Shown one piece after another: positions 12,174 to 23,719 of a stretch of DNA of 64,000 nucleotides. How positions within the stretch are numbered: the first letter of the stretch is position 1; every line of letters begins with the position of its first letter. This stretch comes from Amphiscolops sp. MND2022 (Eukaryota), in assembly GCA_964187785.1 (NCBI GenBank), contig OZ076409.1:40240001-40304000 (forward strand), given 5' to 3'. The position numbers were made by a program, and so were the translations under genes. The notes beneath the pieces are model-generated. The model had not been told where the DNA came from and did no database searches. It was given only the letters and a program-made list of their open reading frames with translations.

Positions 12174-13970
12174 CTCACTCAAGTGAAAAGATGTATTTTG
12201 TTCGTTGGGGAAGTATTTGAATTGCTCCAAAGTATCTAAGATCCAAAAAAAGTGAAAACAAAGCAATTATTGAAAGAAACTGCTTGCACAATGTAATCAG
12301 ATTTGTGGATTTAGCAACGGAATGCGATGAGGGTTGAAACTTGAATGTTCTCTATATTATAACTACTTTCATTACGATACATATGCTGCAACAAACTAGC
12401 AAGATCTTGCTAGTTCGATTAACAGCCAATAGAAACGCGGTATTATTTCGGATACGCGTTACGAGTTTTGCTCGTTACACTGTGTGGTTTGGCGTTACGC
12501 GTAGTGATCAAACTACAGCAAATGACTACTTTACACTATCTACAATTACGTACTTTGACTGGTTTCCACTTCACACACGAAGACGGATATTAATTGTTTC
12601 ACACTTTAACCTGGTACACAATTTGACTGGAATTCACTTTCAAAGTGAAAAACAATCAAAGTGTGTATTCTAGTGATTACTTTGACTGTTTTCCACTGTT
12701 AAGCATTCATCATTTTCTTTCTAACCTGGTACACATTTTGACTGGAATTCACTTTGGCAAAGTGTGTACGTTAGTGATTTTGATTAGGATATATGATTAT
12801 GCCAGCACTCTTTAAAAATTACATCATCTGTTGTTGAATTGCATCTGTCAGCACTTCAATGTCCTTCGAATTAGTTCTTTCCTGAATCACTGATGAATTA
12901 AACTTGTTACGGAACGTTAGTTGATTTCATTGTGACGACTAGGTATTACCATCCTAATCTTACTTGAAACTGGGACAACCGCCCAGTCACTTGACTAAAA
13001 TTCTTGAAATTCTTGACTGGTTTCCACTTTTCTCTAATTACGCTCAATGACCACCATCCGCAATTTCTGATTACACTGTGCATCAGAATTCACGATGAAC
13101 ACATTGCACTGTTTGACTAGAATACGGTTCGTTCTCGTTTTACAGAAAATACACTTTACACTTAATGATAAATTTCACTTTTGCGGCATATGTATCGTAA
13201 TGTTGCTTCTGAAAAACTGGGATCATAACACTCGTTTTGAGAGAAGTCATACAAACCTGGGATACAAAAATAGAATAACGTCACCATTACGCCAGGATAT
13301 TTATATTACACGCAAAGTTGACGATAGGTCCTAGAAAACTTGGAAAACTGCACAAAATACTGTATAGCGCGTAATTGCGAATATAATTCAATTGTATAAT
13401 GGCAGAGTCTCTTTTGAACGGTTATTAGGCTAAAAACACATACTGACGAGTATACGTCACTTGTAGAACCGCAGGGTGCTGCATAGTGTTAATCCGCATT
13501 TTGACGAGTAATCGTCAGTTATCAATCCGCAGGATGCCGCATAGTTCAAGTAAAATAAACGTATGATTGCGAGTAATCAAAAAGGCTCAAAACGCATAAT
13601 GTTGCATAATCATTAGCATAAATGATCATTTAACGATGTCGTATTCAGAAAATGGTTTTATTATGCAATCAATTAGTCATCTGATGAGCTTTTTGGGTAG
13701 AAGGTCTCAAGTTTTAACCTAATTCAGGCCTTCTGGGAAGTATAAAACAAATTCATTATGCAAGTGTTGTTTAAAATATTCAGATGACCTCTCCAGAGCG
13801 GCAAATCAATCAAATAATCACCAATTAAAAATGTTTGTACAAGTTTGCGAAAACGAGTTGGGTGATTAAGGTTTCTTAACGGCAGGTTAAAGTATCGGGG
13901 TGAGAGCTGTCTCTGTTCGTCTTCAATCACTGTTGCATACGGGGTCCAGCACAGCTGCTAAGCTAAGACA
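11606..13970 (-). mobile_element. E4: 3' LTR (~2.37 kb) of a truncated element of the same clade
   Basis: Minus strand starts TGTCTTAG at 13970, after purine-rich AAAGGAGCGGGAC, and ends ..ATCACA at 11606. Not followed by a full PBS. Contains the gag N-terminal ORF and TATAATATA (12353-12361). Confidence 0.8.
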
Positions 13971-14335
13971 GTCCCGCTCCTTTGAAGATGAACAGGGCTG
14001 CCTCGAACCCATCAATGAATGCTCTCGATCTAACTCCGTGATCTCTGACGGTTTCATCATCGTAGGCAGTTGAACCTAAATAAACCCCCCGTGTCTCGAG
14101 GGGCACCTGGACGTATGTTTTCCCACAGTGATCGCAGCAGCTACATTCGGCGTCACAGTGGGGAACAGCCGAAAGTCCCGTCTCGGTAAACTGGAAAAGT
14201 GGGCTCTTGGAACCTGCCAGGAACCCCTCTTGGGGGTAGTTGAATTATTGGAGGGATGTTCCCGGCAGTGGGATTGTTGGGTGCTCCTCCAAACGTCGGC
14301 ATGACGTGTACACTTGCAGTTTCCACGTTTTGCAC
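13926..14335 (-). pseudogene. E4 small CxxC ORF ('ORF-X') overlapping LTR start; frameshift near 14160, stop at the conserved SQ position
   Basis: CDHCGKTYVQV..RSRAFIDGFEAALFIFKGAGLS*LSSCAG aligns without gaps to E2 ORF-X (16/64 identities by eye). 5' boundary uncertain. Confidence 0.7.
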
Positions 14336-15223
14336 ATGCTCTTGTTGTGGGTAAAAAGCTGCGGCCTCCGGATTGTAGTTCGGAGGGTAACTAGCTAATA
14401 TTCGACTAGTGTCATTTACCTAGTTACCATTTCTGCTCGGGGTAGGAAGGATTGCTGTGGTCGTGCGTAGGTGGATATTTACCAGCGTATTTTCTGTAAT
14501 GGTCGTATCAGTAACTTCGGGTGAGTCGTTTGTCTCTTCAAATAGAATTTTGTGGAGATATAGTATTGTTTGATATGAAATTTCACCAAAATTACAAAAT
14601 ATACCAAATTGATCCAATTTTTGTCGTTATTCATACATTTTAAGTACAGTTTTCGAGAGTTTTTATGAGTAACAGTGTTTAGGACGTTCGAAAGCGAAAG
14701 AACAAGCTATGCTGTACGCCTTTTTGTATAGAACGTTGCAGTGTTCCGTTTCAAAAACAAGTCAGAAGTGCTCCAAAAATTACTCCAACGCCAGAATTAC
14801 TCCAACGTTGGTGACTTTATGTTTGGAAAAGATCCAGATGATACAAATAAGTTCACAGCACGCCCTTGTAGGAGAAATTTGCACGTAACATTTGGTTGTA
14901 AAAATCCTCATGGTTAATAAAATTTCCAAAAAACATAGTGTTACAATCTAACCAAAAAATTCAGAATGTATCGACGCTTTATGCTTCTTTTTATATAGTA
15001 TATAAGGTATACACAGGTATATAAGTGGTATTTAAGGCATGTTTGTGGTATACAATATCTTTAAAACTCACTTCCGTCTAATATCCGGTATCCAGTAGTC
15101 TTTTCTGAAGGTTTCAAAATATATTCTTCCTCAGCCTCAAAGGCTTTAAAGGTGCTTGGTAGCTTATGAAATCATGTAAATATTTCAACTAGAGTAATTA
15201 TTTCACGTAACCCCATACTTTGC

Positions 15224-17166
15224 TGTCGCAGGCTGCCGCCTGTGACGGTACTAAAATCACGACGACAGCAGAAGAGCAGGAAATAGCGACCGGTACCCTA
15301 CCAATCTATTAGAGAGGTAAACATTCAAAACTCAAACTTTTATGTTTATCTGTTAGGTTTATAAGTTGAATTTGTTAATGTTGCTAATTTCTCATTTGAT
15401 ATATACTTTTGCCAGTATTAGTCTGTTGAGGCCAACGATCAAAAGGCTCAGATGATCCGTTGATGTTTGTGAGATTCAGAAGTGCAATACAATAAGGTAA
15501 TTGAAGCAATTAGAAACACGGCTAGATAGCGTAAAGGAAACAAGTTCAAGTGAACGAAACTCCAATTCCGGGGACGTCACTTGAGCTCATCTCGCTAGCC
15601 AATCACATTCATTCATTCCTGCAGTGCTATTGCTGTATTTATTAGTTGGCCGGTTAAGGCCGCATGACGGAACTCCGCTTTCATTACTCGGTGCTTTAGT
15701 CAAACGGCCGGTTCCGGCCGCAAAGCAATAATGGAAGATGTATGTACTTTGTTAATGATAGTATAGTTGTGCTTTTATACTGGTTAAACGCTCATTTTAG
15801 TAATTTGGCGCTTTGTTCTAATATTTGGCCGAAGAAGGCCGTTTGCCTGATCATTATCTCTTGTTGCTAGAACCAACCAGACAGTGGCCGGTTAAGGCTT
15901 CTTTTCAAATAAATTATTCGGATGCTATATCTAACCAATTCGCGTACTCTAAATGTCATGTATGGTTGTGATTGCGATGTAAACACTCATGTAACTCCCT
16001 AAATTATTTAGTGCAATCAATATTAGACTATGTTGTTGCTACAAACGCCGGTCTGAAAGACCTATCTGGTTATGCCCACCAGTTAACATGTACAATCTGT
16101 GGCCATATCAGATAAAGTTTAACATGTGCAATAACATGTAATACTGTTGCTCACTAGCCAATTCTGTCTGCTAACGGGGCACGTGCCGACACGGGATTGT
16201 TAGCATTCCCCGAATATTAGCGGCTTGAGTAATTTAATTGATGATAATTGATGCACTGCGTGCCTTTCAAATGTTTACTACTGTTGTCGAAACAAGAATT
16301 TGAATGGCCGCGTGAATTTCCTGATCACATTTCAGCGGCACTTTGATGTTCATATAGCTGTGTAAATCAGGTGCTTCCGGAATGTAGTCATCACATTTTT
16401 TAAGTGTTTGTACTATGTATGTCACGCCCGAGGCAGTATATATAGGAGCTACTCCCTTGGGTGAACACAATTTTGTTCTGCTCCTTAAAATCAGTTTGTA
16501 AAATAACCTTCTGTTACAAACCTCCAAACAAGATACTATTTCCAGGTGTTAAATAATTTATTATTTGACCAGGTTTGTCTCAATGCCTACAACTAGAAAA
16601 CAAGAAAGCGAGAAAGTCCAGAGGACTTGAAATGTTGTCAGATATCAAGAATTTAGATATTATGTTAGGTGAGAATCACTTTAATGCAAGGGAGAGAGAA
16701 AGTAGTTTAAATAGCAATTTGCCCAGGAGATCTAGAAGCTTTGCGAGCAATGAATCCGAAAATGAAGATGGGGACATAGGTAGAAATCAGAGAAATGTTA
16801 ACTCTAGAACAAATGCCGAATGTGACCGAAATTCAGTTACAGGCAACTCTAGTGCTGAGATAAACAGGTTGTCAAGTGGAATAAATTCTCGTATTTCACG
16901 AAAAATGGACGAAATGATGAATTCTGTGAGTGTCCAGATACAAAGGGCCATAAGTGATGCGATAAGTACCCAGGTGCTTCCACAAATCCAAAATGTTATT
17001 ATGGCCAGATCAGGACACGGGACCAGAAAGGGATGAGACGTTCCGTCTGAGAGACCGGAACTAAATTCCGAAGTTCAGCGAAATCTAAACCCAAAGAACA
17101 ACTTGAGAAATGAACAGAATGAGAACCAGTTAAACAATGATTACCCTGATCTGAATGTTCATGACA
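15224..17166 (+). repeat. E2 5' LTR (1943 bp)
   Basis: Matches 29669-31536. TATATATA at 16437-16444; gag ATG at 16583. Confidence 0.95.
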
Positions 17167-18292
17167 TGGTGACAGGAGACAACGAATCTCCAAATCAGGT
17201 TCCTGAGTTTCTCACAGGACGTATCCCATCAAGAAGTCATCTCAGTCAGTCCTCTGAGGACATCAACCTTGACACGACGATCCCAGCGCATGAGAGAATC
17301 GGTACAGCTGCAGATCCTGATCCCATTACCAGATTGGTCGACGTCTTGACTACAATGCAGAATAGACCAACGGCTCAACAACTCACAATACGCCCAGTCA
17401 ACTCTAAACACTATGACTTTCGATGGCAAGAGTGAGAAATTTGAGCTGTTCGAAGATCTTTTCCACACTATGATCCAGATGCAGCCAGAAATGACCGAGC
17501 AGATGAAAATTAACCATTTTCATTCACTATTGAGGAAATATGCTCTCCAGACGTTCAGAAACATCAATTCGACAAATCGCCAAACCCTCGAAGACGTACT
17601 AGTCTTTTCCCGACGAAATACGTCAAACCTGAATCACAGGCAACCGCCAAACATAAATGGCACTGTCTGGTCTTTGATCCCAATACGATGAAACTGCCTG
17701 ATTTCCTTGAAGAATTAAATCAAGGCACAGGGAAGGCGTTCGGAGAACACGCACAGAAAATGATTGACAGACTCCTGTACGCAAAATTGCCACCAAAACT
17801 GAAAAGGTCAGTCAATATGGCCAGACTAGAAAACGGCTCATACGATGAAATAGTTGCTCATTTGGAGAGAGAATTTGAGCTTAACGCCCTCGAGGAGTCA
17901 GACGATCTACCTATGGCAGCAATGACTTCCTCATCTGCTAAGCCCAAAACTCCCCTGTCCACTGGGCAAATGTCGGACATCACTTGCAATTACTGCAAGG
18001 AAAAGGGCCACATGGTCAAGAACTGCGAAAAATTGAAAAAGAAAAAGAGAAAGATGCCCAACAAGGCAAATTGACTCAGAAGAAAACATACCCGGAGTGT
18101 GGCACTTGTGGCAAAAAGAACCACCCGGAGGAAAGATGTTGGCAAGGTGCCGGTGCGCATCTTAAACCCAAACGCACTAGGCCCGAGGACTCAAATGACA
18201 ATAAGCCTAATTCAAAGGCTCAGAAACCTCAGACCAAAACGACATCATCAAGCTCCCAATCCTCATCTTCCAATGATGAGTCAAAAAACTAA
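16583..18292 (+). pseudogene. gag: E2 gag, starting inside the 5' LTR; several frameshifts and stops
   Basis: MPTTRKQ start (a 2-bp deletion relative to the 3' LTR copy). MVTG at the PBS, TFDGKSEKFELFEDLF, CNYCKEKGHMVKNC and CGTCGKKNHPEERC; ends ESKN*. Confidence 0.9.
17167..17178 (+). promoter_or_regulatory. E2 primer binding site TGGTGACAGGAG
   Basis: Follows the 5' LTR only; the 3' LTR is followed by the TSD. Confidence 0.9.
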
Positions 18293-21200
18293 CTTCGCCA
18301 CGACTTCAATACAACGAACTAATATCCGTCCGACAATACATCAGATCGGACCCTCCAACGCAAACCTTTCATCAAAACAATCAGCATTTGATGGGCTATC
18401 CCTATGTTGTCTGGCAGCAACAGATGGAAAAAGCCACCATCATTACCTACAATAACACCCATTTGTTCCAGAACCAATTCCTGTTTGGGATCCTGATTAT
18501 ACAACTACCTTTACAACCCTGTTCAGGCCCATTCCCCTGATCGATGATTACAATCCAACATACATCCTCCCAGACTATGACAGAGTTCCTTATTGGGACA
18601 CCGAGATTTATAACCAGGATCTATTGCAAATCCAGTATTTTCTAGACGACATTGAACACTACAACAAAACAGTCCACGAGAACCCCCCCAATTACCCACA
18701 ACAAGAAAACACGGGCACTAATCAAAAATTAGCAAATGAACGATGGTACAAACCACCCAGTGTTCCCAAACCCCCTGGGGACCGAGAATCCTGAAAATAC
18801 TGCTGAATCCATACCACAATCACTATTAGACGAGAAACAATTCCAGAATGTGCTCATAACCAAAGATGGTGAACCAGGCTGTATACCCCTGTCAACTAAC
18901 ACTAATCTCAAATGCAAGAAACGCATGCTTTATTTCCCAATGGACTTTAGGGAATTGACCATTGATGGACTTAAGACACCGGGGCTCTCTCCAGTGCAAT
19001 TCCTGAAATGGACTTCCGGAAAATCCGCCTTCTATCTCCACAATCTGTCATCCGGGAAGGTCCGCCTCCGAACTTCCAAATCATGGTCACTAATGGGCAA
19101 CTGGAAACTCCCAAGAGTAGCATAGAGCTCAAATTCGAAGTTTGTGACATTGAGTTCAATGAAATCTTCATAGTGATGGAACATTTGACAGGACCGATCA
19201 TTGGACTAATGTTCCTTCAGAGAAATCATACAGTTCTAGACATGAGACAAGGAATCCTGAATTTCCCGTTCTTTTCAATGCAGCTCAAAACAGCTGATCA
19301 CAAATACTCAAACGTGCTAGAACCAATTCTCAACCCTACTGAGATAACCATTCCGCCAAATGATAGAGTCCTAATTAGGACCAATTCCTTACTCTACCCT
19401 GAGAATGCTGTCACGGGGATACTGCAACCGAGCGACCTTCTCCATGATGAAGGCGACATCACATTTTGCCCAGCTTTGGTCACTCTGAATGACGGCAATA
19501 TATTGATACCAGTCAATAACTTCACAGACCACCCTTACAAACTCAAAAAGAGACTTCATATTGCCAATTTCTTTGTCATGACGACAGAACAAATGAAGTA
19601 CGTCAAACCGGTCGATCCGGCATCAACCTGGTACCTCTTGCAAAATGACCAAGAGCAGGCAGCCCATTATGTCAGCAGCCTCATCAAAACGAATAGAAAT
19701 CCTCAAAATTCCAAAAAATACTGGTTCCCAACTCCAGAAAACCCTGGAAACCCCGAGGAACACACGCCCGTCCAGAAAAGAATTCTACGTGAACTACAGG
19801 CCTTACAGGACCTGGAGACACTCGACCCCACCAAAGATGAAGAATATCGTGCAAAGATCCTAGAAAACTTTGAATGAAAAGATTCCACTCTCACTCCTGA
19901 AGAAAAGGAAAAAATTGAGGAATTGCTAGTGGAATTCCATGATATATTTGCACGACACAGATTTGACATAGGCATGAACGAGGAATTCAAGGTGAAATTG
20001 ACACCTAAGGACGATTCCCCAGCCTCTAGCCAGAGCCTCCCAGCTCTACTACCCTGAAGGAGGACATTCTAGTCGAATTAGCCATGTTACACAAATATGG
20101 CATAATCACCACTCTTCCGTTCTCGAAATATGCGAGTCCAATATTCGCACAAATGAAACCCAATGGAAAACTCAGACTCTTGGTTGACTTGAGGAAAATC
20201 AACAACCTCATATCCGATGATTACATAAACAATAATCACCCCGTCAGTACTTTAGTCGACGCCGCCCAACACTTAGCGGGCAAAAAACTGTTCTGTAAAT
20301 TAGACTGCTCACAAGCATACCACTGCCTGTCGATGGCTGACCAACGATCGATTGAAATGTTGGCCTTTAACTTCGCCAGTCGCACATTTGCATACAGACG
20401 TTTGGCACAAGGCCTTAGCAGAGCTCTGTCCGCGTTTTCGAGCTTTATGAGAGAATACCTCGACGAAGTCATTAAAGCGGATCAATGCGTCCTGTATGTG
20501 GACGATATCGGCATCGCAGCCAACGATGCTGACCACCTCATAGCTAACCTGAGAGCAACGTTCAAATGCATTCAGGAAGCTGGCCTTAAGTTGACAATGC
20601 ACAAATATCACTTTGGTGCAAAAGAAATTGATTTTCTCGGACGAACTATTACTCCACAAGGCGTCAAACCCCAGAAACAGAACGTACAGAACTTCCTGGA
20701 AAAGACCAAATTCCTGAAGTCGAAAAAGGCTTTACAACGCTATTTGAGATTCCCAAACTACTACAAGAATTATGTCCCAAGACTTTCAAAACGCCTTGCT
20801 CCATTCTACAAGATGCTGAAAAGTGACGAAATTTTCCTTGTATCGAAGGATTTAGTCCAACAATTTGAAGAAATCAATAAAGCACTAGACAAATGCTGCG
20901 ATTTGGCACTACAACAACCTATCCCGAACGAGCAAATTGCACTAATGACTGATGCAAGTTTTGGTGCAGCTGGATACGCGGTCCTAATTGAAGACGACCC
21001 AAGCCAGAAATTTACGTCAACCAGAAAGTCCTATGCCCCTGTTGCATACGGATCAAAAACCTTCACCCCAGCACAGATCAAAATGTCAATTTATGCCAAA
21101 GAATTCCTTGCAATTTATTTTGCATTCAAAGAATTTGGACATTTCTTCTGGGTGCGCCGAAACCGGTCTTTATCCTAACTGACAACAAAGCTGTAACACG

Positions 21201-23485
21201 ATTTTGCCAAACGAAAATACAACCCCCAGCCCTGTGGAACGCGTGTGACTACGTGATTCAGTTCAATTTTGTCATAGGGCACATCCCAGGAGCACAAATA
21301 ACAGCTACCGACTATTTGTCCCGTTTGGAAGCAGACCCGAAGGACAAACTAGTCATGAAGATCCGTGAAGACGCACAAACGCTACCAATCGAAATAAACG
21401 TCTAATCAGCAGGGGTGTCACAGGAAGAACAAATCTTCTACACTAATGACGACGATGAGACAGAGGAACAATACTGGACAAGGAAAGAAGCAATCAGGAA
21501 AAATCCAACTATTGATGAGCCCACGGTTACAATACAAACTCTGTCAACAAATCTGGTCATCAACAAACAAGCATCACCCTGACATACAAGTCCGATTAAG
21601 GAAGACGAATCAAATCATTATCGAGCAATCCAAAGATGCTGTACTACATTAATTGAAAGCAAAACTCCTTCACGAAGAATACTCAGAGAACCTACTGCAC
21701 CAGGATGCCCGATACAGACATTATGCAAACAATCTGGAACGAATTGTACTTAAGGACGAAATCCTGACAAGGCAATACTTTGATGAAACAGGGAACGTTA
21801 AAGACCACCAAATTTTGCTTCCGCAGCACTTACTCCAGGAATTGCTTCAGTCTCTTCATGGGACAGCGCACAAACACCCTGGTATCTCAAAAATGTTGCA
21901 GGAAATTCGACAGAGGTATTACTACCCTAGCGTGGCTAAACACGTCAGAAAATGGGTAGAAGGGTTTGAAGAATGTGCAAGGGACAAACGAGTCCCCAAT
22001 GCAACAATTACGTTTGAACTACTCAACTTGCCCGAATGGGACTTTGGACCTGAAGACGCCATGCAAATCGATTTATTGCCGAATCTTCCCCCAAGTGGAG
22101 GCTACGAAAACGTCCTAACAGCAATTGATGTGTTCTTCAGATATTTGTTCGTCTATCCCCTTACGGACGCGTCGGCGATCAATGTAGCAAAAGCGCTCAT
22201 TGACATTATGACCAAACACGCATATTTACCGACAACACTTATTACTGACAAAGGTTCTGCATTTACTTCTACAATTACTACGGAAATTACGCAAATTTTT
22301 TGGGCATAACACTCAAAGGTGCAGCAACAAAACATCCGCAAGTAATTGGGAAATTAGAGCGGACCCATGCCTCACTAAAAACAAACCTCAAAATGGCTTG
22401 TGGAGAATATCGCCGACAATGGCACAACTACTTGCCATTAGCAGTACTAAATCACAACACTAGTTACCATGCCAGCATCGGTTGTGAGCCGGCGAGAGTA
22501 TTTCAGGAGGAATTCCATATAATATCTTGGATCACAAGCTTAGAAAAAATCCAAATGAGCAGGTCAGCCCAACAACCGAATTTGCTGAAGAAATACAAAA
22601 CCGGACAAAAATCTTGATTGACAAAACAAAGCAAAGTATTATGCAGTCATATATCAAGTACAAAGAATATTATGATCGCGAGGCAAAAGCCGCTCCACTG
22701 AAGGAGAATGATTATTGCTTTGTATTACAGCCGAAAGCGGATCATCAAGGATCAAAAATCCCATTCCATGATTATAGATGGGTCGGACCAACTATAGTCC
22801 AAAAAATTCTACCTAACAAAAATTACATTGTACGACGAATCAATACAAACAAGACTCAAATATTGCATCGGATTCGAACCAACCGCTTGAGGACAATTTC
22901 CGAGAACAGCGGTTACAGCCTGATGAAGAGATTGTCATTCCGCAAGATGACTTATATATCATAACGTGGGAAACAGACTTTGGCGAGCAGCTAATTACAC
23001 GAGGACACGATCCTATTCCGACTAGCCTACCGAATGGCGAACAGCCGAATGCGGCAGAACTGATTCATAGTGACTTAGACGAGAATGAAGCGGATTACAT
23101 AATCACGACAGACGAAACAAATTACGCTGACCACGCGGCGCACAGCCGAAATGAAAGATTAAATGATGACGTCACCAAAAGAAATGCAGCTAGTGAAGCG
23201 ACTAGAAATGAAGAATCTGATTGGCCGAATCCGGCCGTTTTCCCAAAAAGTCAAGAAAAATCTTTGCCGAATTCGGATGAAGGACAAAAAAACTATGAAA
23301 GTTTTTCACAAAGAAACCCGATGAAAGAAAATGATGCACAAAATTCTCCAAAAAGGGGGGATGATATTATCGTGCCCGAAATATCGGAAGACGATACCAG
23401 AAATGAACGTCTGAGCCCTAGAGGAGGGAAATATAATCTCAGACCTAACCCCAACCCAAACTACATAGAAGATTTTAGATACTAA
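18283..23485 (+). pseudogene. pol: E2 pol: PR, dUTPase-like spacer, RT, RNase H, integrase
   Basis: IIGLMFL protease end; LYVDDIGI; LMTDAS; H..HKHPG integrase zinc region; MQIDL, ITDKGSAF and LERTH as the DDE triad; WVGP (GPY/F). Gypsy domain order. Many stops and frameshifts. Confidence 0.95.
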
Positions 23486-23719
23486 AGAATTGAATTCTTC
23501 CCGAAAATGGGAGTTCTTTTCTTTTATCTCTTTCATCTTTTCAGCCCCTCAAGAATTTTTTGCAAAAAATAATAGGGCTTTCCAAAGGATCCCTTGTGAA
23601 AAAGAATAAATATGGGATCAAGGAATCAAAAGAAACGTAATGAGAATACAAATCCGGCAACAAAACAGAAAATAAACGAAGTTTACAGTTTGTAAGTACA
23701 TAAAGACATATGTACAAAA

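Noticed and set aside
11601..13975. E4 as a solo LTR with TSD GTCCA/GTCCC
   Set aside because: Only 4/5 match, and the ORF-X homology continues across 13970, so that side is internal element sequence.
19330..19580. Active dUTPase between protease and RT
   Set aside because: Only the beta-rich pattern (IPP..V.N.T..P..L....IA) is visible and the catalytic dUTPase motifs are not recognisable; treated as a degenerate spacer.
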